From: Woeseiaceae bacterium
Lineage (GTDB): Bacteria; Pseudomonadota; Gammaproteobacteria; Steroidobacterales; Woeseiaceae
Direction of reading: 5' to 3'
Length of the DNA: 55,373 bases
Assembly (NCBI GenBank): GCA_041552015.1
Contig: JBFELT010000001.1
Span: 1 to 55,373 of the forward strand
Part shown: positions 17,201 to 26,393 of the stretch, piece after piece
Layout of the letters: every line of letters begins with the position of its first letter
How positions within the stretch are numbered: the first letter of the stretch is position 1
Notes under the pieces: model-generated
The model's input: only the letters and a program-made list of their open reading frames with translations
The model's database searches: none
What the model was told of the DNA's origin: nothing
Translations under genes and position numbers: made by a program

Positions 17201-19701
17201 GCACTGCCATGCAGCGTGTGGCAGGCGCGATATAACTTATCGGTGACTTCGAATGGCGGTTGATACCCCTCACAGGCAGACAGGTAATCCGTTATTACCT
17301 TGAGGTGCCCTGCAGTCTCTTTCGAGAATATGTCGTACAGAACCGGGTCCATTTCCAGCGCCGGCTCGGGCGTCCTCGACGGTGCCTTCTCCGGACGCTG
17401 CAGCGTCAGGACCGCGGCATTCGGATCGCCATCCGCGAATGCATTGGCTCGTGCGATAAGCAGACTGATATCGGCCGCCGGTTCGGTACCTATCTCCAGC
17501 TGCTCGATCAGATCGGGTACGGCTGCGGCAGCCTGCGTGATGAAATCAACCATCGGCGGCGTACGCGGGAGGGTACGGTTGATCAGTTTGTTCAGCAGAT
17601 TTTCCACGGCCCAGCAATACTCTCCGATACGTTCGGCGCCCACCATGCGGCCGCTGCCCTTGAGCGTATGAAAAGATCGCCGCACCGTTATCAGCGTCTC
17701 CATGTCATCGGGCGCATTGACCCAGGCGGGCAGGTGTCGCCTGATCGAGGCAACCTCCTCCTTGGCCTCCTCGATAAACAACTCGAGCAGTTCCGGGTCC
17801 ATGTGTTCGGCATTTGGCGCAACCACCGGCATAGGGATGACGTCGGTGACGTGCCCGGACGAAGCCTCGCTGGCCGCCCTGGCGATCTGGTCGGTGGAGA
17901 GTCGCATCGTCTGCTCGACGCCCTCTCCCTCCTTCGGTATGGACTGCAACATGCGTTGCTCTACGTCCCGCAACACGGCCAGGCATGCCTCGGCGTTGTC
18001 GAGCATGTACCAGGGCTCGCTGCGGCCGGCTTTGACCGTCTCCATGTAGTACTCGATACTGACGATGGCGTCCGCGAGTCGATCGGTTTCCCGCTGCGTC
18101 AGCTGCGCGGGGCCTCCGCTGTTCAGCATCGCCGTCACCAGGCTGCCGATCCGTTCGACGACCTCCATTGCGCGCGGCTTGCCGAGCATCATCAGTCCGG
18201 CCTTGATGCCCTTTATCAGCGTCGGCACGCTGTCGAGACCCTGCGACGGTGCGTGCTCGACAATGCTCTGGCTAATCGTCTCCTTTATTCGTGCGAGATT
18301 GATAATGCACTCGCGCATGACCGACTCGGCAACCTGCCGGAACGCGTCGTCATCAGCGGCCTCATCACCGCTCGGTCGATCGGTGTCCCGACCGTGCGGC
18401 GTCGTGAGGCGCAGCAGCTGTTGATCGAGCCGATCCTCTACTCGCAACAGGGTCGACGCGATATCGAGAATTATCTGGTCACTGGCGACGCCGCCCCGCT
18501 CCACAACCAGCTTGAGCCGATCGATCTCGCCGTCGATGTCGCCGCGGAGTTCGCCCAGGCCGAGCACACCGAGCGTGTCGCTGATTTTTTTCAGAAGCTC
18601 GAGCTGTGGCACGAGATCCGAAGACTTGTTCATGCCGGTGCGCACGAATATGTCCAGTACGTCTTTCACGCGGCCGAGGTCTTCCTTGATCGCGGAGCCG
18701 ACGGTCGACATCAACTTGGCGCTGGGCGCCGAGAGCGCCTCGCGCGCGTCTTCGACCTGTTCGTTGCCCGGCAGCAACTCCGAGAGATTGAAGGCCGCCC
18801 GAATGTCGCTGATTCGTTCACCGGCACTGCTTGAACGCGCCACGTAATACAGCAGGTTGTTCAACAGGTCCGCGACCGGATGCCGGTCGTACGCAAGCAG
18901 GCCCTCATCGATTACGAACTTGAGCTGTCGGTCGGCCTGCCCGAGCAGGCGCTTGACCGATATCGATGTTTCCAGCCCGCCGTTTTGCAGCGACTCCAGC
19001 ACACCGCCAACAATCCACCAGAGCTGATACATGTCGTCGCGGGTCGCCGAATGCTCGAGGGCCGCCGCAACCCTGGCAAGGGTTTGCAAGTGTCGGGACG
19101 TATCGCCGCCCTTGATCCAGCCAAGCAGTGCCAGCTGGAACTTGGGTCGCAGGCGCCTCGCCACCTCCACCGGGTCTTCGCCACTGCCCTGGCGATCCTC
19201 GACTTTTCTCGCGGAACGGCTCGGAGACAGGTTGAGCAGCAGCAAGGTGCCCTCGGACAACAGCGGCTCGCCGCGCGCCGCGCGAAGGTCATTGAGCATT
19301 GGCAGGAGTACGAGAGCGATGTCGCGCCCGCCGCCGAGAAGTTTTTCGATATAGATGGGCAACTGCACCATCGACCGCGTCAGTGCGTCCAGGCCATCTT
19401 CCCGACCCTTTCCGGCGCGCAGGTTCGCGAGGTAGTTGCACGCAAGCTCCATCTCTTCGACCAGCAGCGCCGCCCCGTACGTCTCGGTCATCTGCAGTGC
19501 GCCGCGCGCCTGGTGCAACAATTCGCCGGCACGTTTCAATGCCGCCGTACCGCCACGCCCGTCGACGCAATCCTCGAGCGCAAGATGGGCGTTGCGGATA
19601 GTTTCCATGAGCTCGGTGCTGACAATCACCAGGCCACGAACGGCTCCCTGGCCGTCGTCGTCGGCAACTATCTGCTCATGAATGCCCGTATTACCCGTCA
19701 T
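14206..19701 (-). CDS. chpA: hybrid CheA-type histidine kinase ChpA/PilL (multi-Hpt, HATPase, CheW, C-terminal receiver)
   Basis: 1831 aa. Hpt motifs FHTLKGSGRMVG, CHTLHGSANM, LHTLKGGARMAG. HATPase motifs (HMLRNAVIHGIE, DVADDGRGLD, GRGVGMDVV). A CheW-like domain. REC domain (LVVDDSITVRR ... LLDIEMPRMDG ... KP). Confidence 0.9.
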   Translation of the reverse strand: MTGNTGIHEQIVADDDGQGAVRGLVIVSTELMETIRNAHLALEDCVDGRGGTAALKRAGELLHQARGALQMTETYGAALLVEEMELACNYLANLRAGKGREDGLDALTRSMVQLPIYIEKLLGGGRDIALVLLPMLNDLRAARGEPLLSEGTLLLLNLSPSRSARKVEDRQGSGEDPVEVARRLRPKFQLALLGWIKGGDTSRHLQTLARVAAALEHSATRDDMYQLWWIVGGVLESLQNGGLETSISVKRLLGQADRQLKFVIDEGLLAYDRHPVADLLNNLLYYVARSSSAGERISDIRAAFNLSELLPGNEQVEDAREALSAPSAKLMSTVGSAIKEDLGRVKDVLDIFVRTGMNKSSDLVPQLELLKKISDTLGVLGLGELRGDIDGEIDRLKLVVERGGVASDQIILDIASTLLRVEDRLDQQLLRLTTPHGRDTDRPSGDEAADDDAFRQVAESVMRECIINLARIKETISQSIVEHAPSQGLDSVPTLIKGIKAGLMMLGKPRAMEVVERIGSLVTAMLNSGGPAQLTQRETDRLADAIVSIEYYMETVKAGRSEPWYMLDNAEACLAVLRDVEQRMLQSIPKEGEGVEQTMRLSTDQIARAASEASSGHVTDVIPMPVVAPNAEHMDPELLELFIEEAKEEVASIRRHLPAWVNAPDDMETLITVRRSFHTLKGSGRMVGAERIGEYCWAVENLLNKLINRTLPRTPPMVDFITQAAAAVPDLIEQLEIGTEPAADISLLIARANAFADGDPNAAVLTLQRPEKAPSRTPEPALEMDPVLYDIFSKETAGHLKVITDYLSACEGYQPPFEVTDKLYRACHTLHGSANMANVQRGVAVAAALNRYVRRVYDHKVGFQQSGLAVLKAAAGAIATIVRDINNPDRGRADYTALIEHISALADAVRPAETPEDMEVEEAAPEPVAVVESPVEVESDEPEYDAEIASIFTEESAELLESAEKALIEWVRERSAQPMEELKRHLHTLKGGARMAGITAMGNLSHELETLLISVDEGRVKATPTIEDLLQRSVDELHHMRDLVMAGKPVRTAADLEQKIQQANAGFEVAEEADVELAFDDTNVQEAPTAAFTFEPDDTVSMVIVDSNLVDELADARKPAEQEVPLIQAPAEEETRPGPEPEVLVTPPEPGPGDDFAMPSEPAAEAGATAEQQAEPEAAAPADAEVEDEDKHEDKQEVEAAAEPEQAPSPELARGADVRPLRAPEQRQEFARVDADLLEDLLNAAGEISIYHSRLNQQVSSFEFHVDELEQTIARLRQQLRKLEIETEAQIMHGHQDTLVARDFDPLELDRYSNIQQLSRALAESASDLGSLKDLLKSVTNEAEGLLVQQSRVTAELQDGLMRTRMVPFERHVPRLTRLVRQAAQEAGKRAELAVEGASGELDRQVLEKMLPPFEHMLRNAVIHGIEDPALRQAEGKPAMGRITIRLHREGAEMVIDVADDGRGLDVDAIRRKAYESDLLRPDSKVTDEEIMALILTPGFTTAGSVTQSAGRGVGMDVVANEVKKLGGSLRISSVTGQGTNFTVRLPFTLAITQALIVRTGEEVYALPLPTVEGVARIPRGELENLLSQSEPSYLYGEQAYKFRHLGMYLGGQAAKLPEEDTAIPVILVRAGEYSAALLVDEMLASREVVVKAVGPQLAGIRGISGATILGDGRIILILDINALVRTGAPVVELKKAAPTPSDTRPLALVVDDSITVRRVTERFLHRSGMRVATAKDGLDAISVMQDHKPDIILLDIEMPRMDGYEFASHVRNDSRVADVPIIMITSRVGDKHRARAIELGVNDYLGKPYQDSQLLTAIRRQLEDKGIELP

Positions 19702-19743
19702 CTGGTCTTCCGTGTCGTTCGAGAAATTCGCCGTTGATTCGTC

Positions 19744-21741
19744 TTATCCGGTCTTGGCCTGGGGGTTGGTCGGTGCTGCCGACGGCGGTTTGGCGTTCGC
19801 GGTTGTCCGTGCCAGAACGCTGGCCTGCATCATTTCCTGCGGCAACGCGAAACCTTCAACAGTCTTCCTGAGCTGCGTCGCGAGTTCGGAAAGCTTGGAA
19901 ATAGATGCCGCGGTCGCTGACGTCGCCTGGCCCGTCTGCTGACCAATCTCGCGCAAGCGGGTGGTTCGCCGGGTCACGTCGGCCGCCGAGCTGGCCTGCT
20001 GCCTGGCGGAGCTGGAAATATTCTGCACGAGGCTGGCTATCTGGTTCGAGACCTGTTCTATCTCGTCGAGCGCCGCACCGGCATTTTCGGCAAGCAGCGC
20101 CCCGCCCACGACGTCGGTCGTGCTGCGCTCCATCGATACGACGGCCTCGTTGGTGTCCGATTGGATCGTCCGAACCAGCACTTCGATCTGCTTGGTGGCA
20201 TTCGTCGACCGCTCCGCCAGGCGCTGGACCTCATCGGCGACAACGGCAAAACCCCGGCCGGCCTCGCCCGCCATCGATGCCTGTATCGAGGCATTGAGTG
20301 CCAGGATATTGGTCTGCTCGGCAATGTCATTGATGAGTTCGACGATATTGCCGATCTCCTGCGAACTTTCGCCGAGCCGTTTTATGCGCTTGGACGTTTC
20401 CTGAATCGTCTCGCGTATGGCGTTCATGCCGTCGATGGTTCGTCGCACCGCTTCGCCGCCCTTGTGCGCGACTTCTACCGAATGACGGGCGACATCCGAC
20501 GAACGCTCGGCGTTGCCGGAAACTTCCTCGATGGAGGCTGCCATGGACACGATCGACTCTGTGGCGGCGTTGATTTCCTTGGCCTGGTTGTCCGCGGCAC
20601 GCGCCAGGTGTGCCGCCGTGTTCTCGGTTTGTTTGGTCGCGTTATCCACCATCAGCGCCGTATCATTCACGGTCGCGACCAGTTTTCTGAGCTCTTCGAT
20701 CGCGAAGTTGAACGAGTCGGCGATCGTCCCCGTGATGTCCTCGGTCACGGTTGCCTCGACGGTCAGATCGCCGTCGGCGAGGCCGCCCATTTCATCCAGC
20801 AGGCGTAGAATAGCCTGCTGGTTTCGGTCGTTTTGCTCGGCCTGTTCGCGCGCTGCCCTTTCGAACACGGCGGACTTCGAGTGCAGAACGAACAGTCCGC
20901 CAACCAGTAGCAGTGCCAGCAGCACCGCGGCCGTCGGTATCCAGAACGAAGCGAGAAAGCCCGGCAGCAGCCCCTGGCCGCCCGAGGAAGCCGATGCGGC
21001 CGTGAGCAACGCCTCGGCGCTTGCCGCGAGCTCAGCCTGCGTGGTTTGCAGATCGCCCAGCTGGCTCAGCGCCGGCGCCAGCGCCGCGGAGCTCTCTTCC
21101 ATGCTGGCGAGACTGCCGACGATTGGTACGAGGGCGACTTCGCGACCCTCATTGTTTAACGGTCGAACATCGAGATCCGTTCTTTCGCCGGCCAGCGCGT
21201 TGGCCACGTTGCGCAGGAAAGCAATGTCCACCGCAATATTGTCGGACGCCTGCGAGCCTGCTTCGGGCAGGCTCAGCGCCGCCTGGCGGATACGATCGCT
21301 GCGCTGCTGAAACTCCTGAATGACGGCGGTCGATCCCGAACGCGCCAGGAGTTCGTTCGACTTCTCGAGTATGGCGCCCGCGTAGACGCCGATGCTGTCC
21401 GCCGCAGCCTGCACCGCTTCGATCTGGCTGCGCCGGGCAAGTATGGCTGCCGCGCGCGATTCGAGCTGCTGCCAGTCCGCCGCGCGCCCCGGAGCGCCGC
21501 TCTTTGGCAATGCCTTGAGCTTGCTGACACTACTTTCAAGTTGTCTGAAGGCCTCTTTATCGCCGGCGATGGCGCTTGCCGCCTGGCGAGGTATTGCCTG
21601 CGACAGGGCCGCCAGCTGGGTTGTCGACGAACTACCGGAGCCCGCCTGCAGGTAGACCAGTGCTGCCGCGACGAGCAGGCAAACCAGCACCAGCGTTGCG
21701 ATGGTATTGAAGGCGGACGAATTGTCAGTTTTGATGGCCAT
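19744..21741 (-). CDS. pilJ: methyl-accepting chemotaxis protein of the twitching-motility system
   Basis: Two TM segments, a HAMP domain, and the highly conserved MCP signalling hairpin (EQTNILALNASIQASMAGEAGRGFAVVADEVQRLAERS). Confidence 0.9.
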   Translation of the reverse strand: MAIKTDNSSAFNTIATLVLVCLLVAAALVYLQAGSGSSSTTQLAALSQAIPRQAASAIAGDKEAFRQLESSVSKLKALPKSGAPGRAADWQQLESRAAAILARRSQIEAVQAAADSIGVYAGAILEKSNELLARSGSTAVIQEFQQRSDRIRQAALSLPEAGSQASDNIAVDIAFLRNVANALAGERTDLDVRPLNNEGREVALVPIVGSLASMEESSAALAPALSQLGDLQTTQAELAASAEALLTAASASSGGQGLLPGFLASFWIPTAAVLLALLLVGGLFVLHSKSAVFERAAREQAEQNDRNQQAILRLLDEMGGLADGDLTVEATVTEDITGTIADSFNFAIEELRKLVATVNDTALMVDNATKQTENTAAHLARAADNQAKEINAATESIVSMAASIEEVSGNAERSSDVARHSVEVAHKGGEAVRRTIDGMNAIRETIQETSKRIKRLGESSQEIGNIVELINDIAEQTNILALNASIQASMAGEAGRGFAVVADEVQRLAERSTNATKQIEVLVRTIQSDTNEAVVSMERSTTDVVGGALLAENAGAALDEIEQVSNQIASLVQNISSSARQQASSAADVTRRTTRLREIGQQTGQATSATAASISKLSELATQLRKTVEGFALPQEMMQASVLARTTANAKPPSAAPTNPQAKTG

Positions 21742-21755
21742 AATTAATCGGACCT

Positions 21756-22319
21756 TTATTCCGCAGCAGCCTGCAGAAACATTTTACTTTCGACTAGATC
21801 GAAAAGATTGAAAACGGGCCAGCGGTCCTCGCCCCTCGTATAGGTGCCGCCGAGAAAGCTGTCGCAACGGACGACCGTCTTTGCGACATCGCTGGAGAAT
21901 TCGTGCTCCATGAATCGTCGGAAACCAAGCACCTCATCGACAACCAGGCCTGCCGGTACCTCGCGATGGTTGACGGATATGACTCGGGTCGTGCGTCGCA
22001 GCGTTGTTCGACCGCTGCCGAGCAGCAGTTTCACGTCAATCAGCGGTAACAGGTGACCGCGAAGATTGGCAATGCCGAGCAACCAGCGCTGCGCACCCGG
22101 AACCCGGGTTATCGCATCCGGCAGCATCAGCACCTCGCACACCTGCTCGCGGTTGGCGACAAACTGCTCTTCGCCGATACGAAAGCCGACGCCTACCCAT
22201 TCGGACGGCAGCCCACTGGCGCCCTGCCCCGCATGCGCCGCGCGGCTGCGCTGCTCCATTTCCTGCAGCAAGGCGAAGGGTTGCTCGACCAACGCCGCAA
22301 GATCCGCGGAACTACTCAT
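21756..22319 (-). CDS. pilI: CheW-like protein
   Basis: CheW domain (WLLGIANLRGHLLPLIDVKLLLG). Abuts the pilH stop. Confidence 0.85.
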   Translation of the reverse strand: MSSSADLAALVEQPFALLQEMEQRSRAAHAGQGASGLPSEWVGVGFRIGEEQFVANREQVCEVLMLPDAITRVPGAQRWLLGIANLRGHLLPLIDVKLLLGSGRTTLRRTTRVISVNHREVPAGLVVDEVLGFRRFMEHEFSSDVAKTVVRCDSFLGGTYTRGEDRWPVFNLFDLVESKMFLQAAAE

Positions 22320-22685
22320 TCAGCCAGCCATTACCGAGCTGATCGTCGCTATGAGGTCCTTGTCAGAGACCGGTTTCACAACGTACTCCACGGCGCCCTG
22401 CCGCATACCCCAGATTTTGTCGGTTTCCTGGTCTTTGGTCGTGATCATGATGATCGGTATGTCGGAGGTTTTCGGGTCACGGGTCAGTTTCCTGGTAGCC
22501 TGAAAGCCATTCATGCCGGGCATGACGACATCCATCAGGATGCAATCCGGTCGCGCCGTTCGGGCCGCCTTCAATCCCTCCTCACCGCTATCGGCCACCA
22601 GGGTCTCGAAACCTGCTTTTTCGAGCATGTTCTGAAAAAGATGCAGCTCGGTTGGCGAATCATCAATGATAAGTACAACAGCCAT
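22320..22685 (-). CDS. pilH: single-domain response regulator
   Basis: 121-aa CheY-like protein: IIDDSPTE, LMDVVMPGMNGFQATR, TTKDQETDKIWGMRQGA, KP. Closely resembles PilH as I recall it. Confidence 0.9.
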   Translation of the reverse strand: MAVVLIIDDSPTELHLFQNMLEKAGFETLVADSGEEGLKAARTARPDCILMDVVMPGMNGFQATRKLTRDPKTSDIPIIMITTKDQETDKIWGMRQGAVEYVVKPVSDKDLIATISSVMAG

Positions 22686-22778
22686 TTTTACGCGTCCTTA
22701 GTATTCTGTTCCGGCACTGCCCCATGCCCTGACCCATGTCGTTGTTTCCGATTCCATGTGGCCTCGTCGACCGGGACA

Positions 22779-23171
22779 CTAGTTGAGCTGATTGGAAATT
22801 GCACCCAGCAGTTCGTCCTTTGTAAAAGGCTTGGTCAGGTACTGCTCGGAACCGACGATCCGGCCCCTTGCCCTGTCAAACAGCCCGTCTTTGCTCGACA
22901 GCATGATCACAGGCGTTTCCTTGAAAACCTTGTTGTGTTTGATCAGGGAGCAGGTCTCATAGCCATCGAGGCGCGGCATCATGATGTCAACGAAAATGAG
23001 GTCCGGCTGGTGATCGGCGATCTTTGACAGCGCGTCAAACCCGTCGATCGCCGTGAATACCTGGCAGCCTTCTTTGGACAGCAGCGTTTCAGCTGTTCGC
23101 CGAATCGTCTTGCTGTCGTCCACGACAAGAATTTTGAGGCCGCTCAACGAGCGGTTTGCGTTACTTGACAC
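22779..23171 (-). CDS. pilG: single-domain response regulator
   Basis: VVDDSKTIRRTAETLL, TAIDGFDALSKIADH, FVDIMMPRLDGY, VIMLSSKDGLFD, YLTKPF. Nearly collinear with P. aeruginosa PilG as I recall it. Confidence 0.9.
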   Translation of the reverse strand: MSSNANRSLSGLKILVVDDSKTIRRTAETLLSKEGCQVFTAIDGFDALSKIADHQPDLIFVDIMMPRLDGYETCSLIKHNKVFKETPVIMLSSKDGLFDRARGRIVGSEQYLTKPFTKDELLGAISNQLN

Positions 23172-23330
23172 CGAATTTCCCCACGATCAAAAGCGACTTT
23201 TACCATATTGACATAAGTCCCGCTACGACGCTCGCCGCGTTACGCAATATCGTCCGAAATCCGATGCTTACACGAGTTTTCGCTGTATAGTTGGCGTCCT
23301 CACGTTGAACGCTCGGAAGTTTTGCAGAAG

Positions 23331-24287
23331 ATGGCCGCAAACCCGCTCAGAATCGGCGTCGTGATGGATCCGATCGATTCCATCACGCCCAGGAAGGACA
23401 GTTCGTTTGCGATGCTGCTGGAGGCACAGCGCCGATCCGCCGAAATCCACTATTTCGAGCAGCGCGACCTTCGCATGCTGGCGGGCGAGGCTTTCGGCGA
23501 CGCCAGGCGCCTGTCCGTGCAGGACCGGGCCAGCGACTGGTTCGAACTCGGGGAGCGGCAAACGGTGAAGCTCGGCGATCTGGACGTCATCCTGATGCGC
23601 AAGGATCCTCCTTTCGATATGGAATACGTCTACACGACCTACATTCTGGATCGGGCGAAACTCTCGGGCGCGCTGATCGTCAACGATCCGCAGGCACTGC
23701 GCGACATGAACGAAAAAGTGTACACGGCCTGGTTTCCGGAATGCACGCCACTGACGCTGATCACGCGATCGATGGCACAAATGAAGGCCTTTCTTGCGGA
23801 TCACGGACGCATCGTTGTAAAACCCCTCGATGGTATGGGCGGTCGCTCGATCTTCGTGGTACGACAAGGCGATAACAACGCCAACGTTATCTTCGAAACC
23901 CTGACGGACTACGGCCGGCGCTTCGCCATGGCGCAGGTCTTTATTCCCGAAATTACCCTGGGCGACAAGCGCATATTGCTGATCGACGGCGAGCCCGTGC
24001 CGCATGCACTCGCGCGTATCCCGTCCGGCGACGACAACCGCGGCAACATGGTCGCCGGCGCCGTCGCGAAGGGCCAGCCGCTGTCCGACGTCGATCTCGA
24101 TATCTGCGGCCGTGTCGGTCCGGTGCTTCGCGATGCGGGCGTCTTGTTTGCGGGCATCGACGTGATCGGCGACTACCTGACGGAAGTCAACGTTACCAGT
24201 CCAACGGGAATCCGTGAGCTTGACCGGCAGTTCGACATCAATATCGCCGGCCTGATGTTCGACGCCATTGAGAGAAAGATCGGCTAG
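23331..24287 (+). CDS. gshB: glutathione synthetase
   Basis: IGVVMDPIDSITPRKDSSFAMLLEAQRR, followed by an ATP-grasp region (VVKPLDGMGGRSIF, NVTSPTG). ATG 23331 is preferred over the upstream TTG at 23322. Confidence 0.9.
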   Translation: MAANPLRIGVVMDPIDSITPRKDSSFAMLLEAQRRSAEIHYFEQRDLRMLAGEAFGDARRLSVQDRASDWFELGERQTVKLGDLDVILMRKDPPFDMEYVYTTYILDRAKLSGALIVNDPQALRDMNEKVYTAWFPECTPLTLITRSMAQMKAFLADHGRIVVKPLDGMGGRSIFVVRQGDNNANVIFETLTDYGRRFAMAQVFIPEITLGDKRILLIDGEPVPHALARIPSGDDNRGNMVAGAVAKGQPLSDVDLDICGRVGPVLRDAGVLFAGIDVIGDYLTEVNVTSPTGIRELDRQFDINIAGLMFDAIERKIG

Positions 24288-24433
24288 GGAGCCTCTGCAC
24301 AAGTCTCGTCGCCCACGACGGACCCGGATTGGCCGGGCGGTGACCTGGTTCTCACTCCGTTACCACTGGACCGTTTACACTGCTCGCATCGAGCAATTGC
24401 TTGTTTATGTAGACGAAACAGCGGAACATTCTC

Positions 24434-25357
24434 GTGCGTATGGCCAATTTCGCCCTGAACCAAGACCCTCTCGAGGAGCTGCTGCTGGTGGCGCCGGCCG
24501 CGCCCGATCGGCTGCCCGCCATGCTTTTCCTCGCTGCCCTGGTTCATGGCATCCTGATAATCGGGGTAACCTTCAACGCGTCGCTGGCAAATCCTTTTGC
24601 GGACGCAATCTCGCTGGAAGTCACCATCGTCGCCGATCCGGATCAGCGCATCGATCAGCCTGACGAGGCATCGTACCTGGCGCAGGCCAGCCAGAAAGGC
24701 GGCGGCAACACCACGGAGCAACTGCGACCCGCCGCACCCTTGCAGAGCGCGATGCCGGTAGACAACCCCGGCCACGAGGACGGTACCGGTCTCATCGACG
24801 CAACCGCGCACGAACGTGCGGCCGACGAGGTGCTTGCGGCGGAAAACGATAGCCGGCAGCAAGTACGCATTCAGCCACGTTCCGACCCGCAGGCGATCAA
24901 TAGCAGGGCGATAGCGATGGAAGCCGGCAGCGAGGTCACGCTGCCGCTGCCGCAGGAAGACAAGGCGGCGATGCTCATTTACGATGAAGATCCGCGGCAG
25001 CTCATCGTCAGCGCCGATACCCGGGAGTCCGTCGTGGCCGCGTATCTCGATAACTGGAAACGCCGCGTCGAAGCCGTCGGTGCAACCTACCTGCCTGAGC
25101 TTGGCGATATCGGTGCGCTGAAAGGCAGCCCGACCCTGATGGTCAGCATAGACGCGTCCGGCGATCTCAAGGAGGCCGTCATTCGCAAGACCAGCGGCTC
25201 GACAGTCCTCGATCTTGCCGCGCTCGATATCCTGCAGCGCGCATCGCCGTTCAATCCTTTTCCGACTGAAATAGCCGCTGAATACGACACCGTGCGATTC
25301 GAGTACAAGTGGTTGTTTACCGAGCAGATGATTTCGACGGCCCTGATTGCAGACTGA
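24434..25357 (+). CDS. tonB: TonB family energy-transducer protein (TonB3-like)
   Basis: N-terminal TM anchor (LPAMLFLAALVHGILIIGVTF), a long linker, and a C-terminal TonB_C-like region (SGSTVLDLAALDILQRASPFNPFP). GTG 24434 or ATG 24440. Confidence 0.65.
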   Translation: MRMANFALNQDPLEELLLVAPAAPDRLPAMLFLAALVHGILIIGVTFNASLANPFADAISLEVTIVADPDQRIDQPDEASYLAQASQKGGGNTTEQLRPAAPLQSAMPVDNPGHEDGTGLIDATAHERAADEVLAAENDSRQQVRIQPRSDPQAINSRAIAMEAGSEVTLPLPQEDKAAMLIYDEDPRQLIVSADTRESVVAAYLDNWKRRVEAVGATYLPELGDIGALKGSPTLMVSIDASGDLKEAVIRKTSGSTVLDLAALDILQRASPFNPFPTEIAAEYDTVRFEYKWLFTEQMISTALIAD

Positions 25358-25402
25358 GGCCGGCCGCTTGTACCGGACGAGACTTGCATTGATACTGTCG
25401 AT

Positions 25403-25966
25403 ATGGACTCCCACAGTACGCTTACAAATCAGTTACTTATCGCCATGCCCGGCATGGCCGACCCGAATTTCAGCACGACGGTCACGCTGATCTGTGAACA
25501 TAACGACGAGGGTGCCCTGGGTATCGTTATCAATCGTCCGCTGACGCTCAGGCTTTCCGGACTCTTCGAGCAACTCGACGTCGAAAACGCCGATCAGGAG
25601 AAGGGTGACGCGCCGGTGTATGCGGGCGGACCGGTCGGGACGGAGCGCGGTTTCGTTCTGCACGGATCGGACTGCCGTTACGAAAACACGGTGTCCGTTT
25701 CAGACGACATCCAGCTCACGCTGTCGCGCGACGTTATCGACGCGATGGCGAGCGGTGGCGGCCCCGACAAGTCGCTGGTTGCGCTGGGATATGCCGGCTG
25801 GCAAGCAGGGCAACTCGAGGAGGAAATGCTCGCCAATTCCTGGCTCAACGTGCCGGCCACGCCGGCACTTGTTTTCGACACCCCCTATGCCGAACGCTGG
25901 GACTCCGCAGCGCGTACGCTAGGCATCGATATCGCCAGGATGTCCTCGGATGCCGGCCACGCCTGA
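25403..25966 (+). CDS. yqgE: YqgE/AlgH family protein
   Basis: LLIAMPGMADPNFSTTVTLICEHNDEGALGIVINRP, GGPV, GYAGWQAGQLEEE. Confidence 0.85.
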   Translation: MDSHSTLTNQLLIAMPGMADPNFSTTVTLICEHNDEGALGIVINRPLTLRLSGLFEQLDVENADQEKGDAPVYAGGPVGTERGFVLHGSDCRYENTVSVSDDIQLTLSRDVIDAMASGGGPDKSLVALGYAGWQAGQLEEEMLANSWLNVPATPALVFDTPYAERWDSAARTLGIDIARMSSDAGHA

Positions 25967-26393
25967 CAGCGTCGCACCAAGAACGATTCTCGCGTTCGAT
26001 TTCGGCCTGCGTCGCATCGGCGTCGCTGTGGGCCAGGACGTCACCGGCTCGGCCAGTCCACTCGGCATCATTCGCAATCGCCCGGAGGGGATTGACGACG
26101 CGCGAGTCGCGATGCTGATCGAGGAATGGCAACCGACACAGCTGGTTGTCGGCATGCCATCACACGCCGACGGTTCGGCGAGCGAGATGCAGGAACCCGT
26201 AAATGCTTTTATCGACGAGCTTTCCCGGTTCGGACTGCCGATCGAGACTGTCGACGAACGTTATACCTCGGTCGAGGCGGAACGCGCGCTCAAACAGGCC
26301 CGCGCTGCCGGCACTCGCCGGCGTTTCTCCAGGGACACGGTTGACAGCGCGGCCGCTGTCCTTATCGCGGAACGCTATCTCGCCGGTTCCTGA
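25950..26393 (+). CDS. ruvX: Holliday-junction-resolvase-like pre-16S rRNA nuclease
   Basis: ILAFDFGLRRIGVAVGQ, then VDERYTSVEAE. 17-nt overlap with yqgE. Confidence 0.9.
   Translation: MPATPDSVAPRTILAFDFGLRRIGVAVGQDVTGSASPLGIIRNRPEGIDDARVAMLIEEWQPTQLVVGMPSHADGSASEMQEPVNAFIDELSRFGLPIETVDERYTSVEAERALKQARAAGTRRRFSRDTVDSAAAVLIAERYLAGS

Noticed and set aside
15751-19737. Three very long (+)-strand ORFs (494, 524 and 285 aa) antisense to chpA.
   Set aside because: They lie entirely inside the well-supported 1831-aa chpA frame. Their translations are Arg/Leu/Gly-rich, low-complexity and carry no motifs. Long antisense ORFs of this kind are expected from stop-codon depletion in high-GC DNA.
23263-23291. 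Candidate sigma-70 promoter for gshB (TG-TATAGT extended -10 at 23284-23291).
   Set aside because: No acceptable -35 at correct spacing; TTACAC is only 12 nt away. The -10 match alone is not sufficient.
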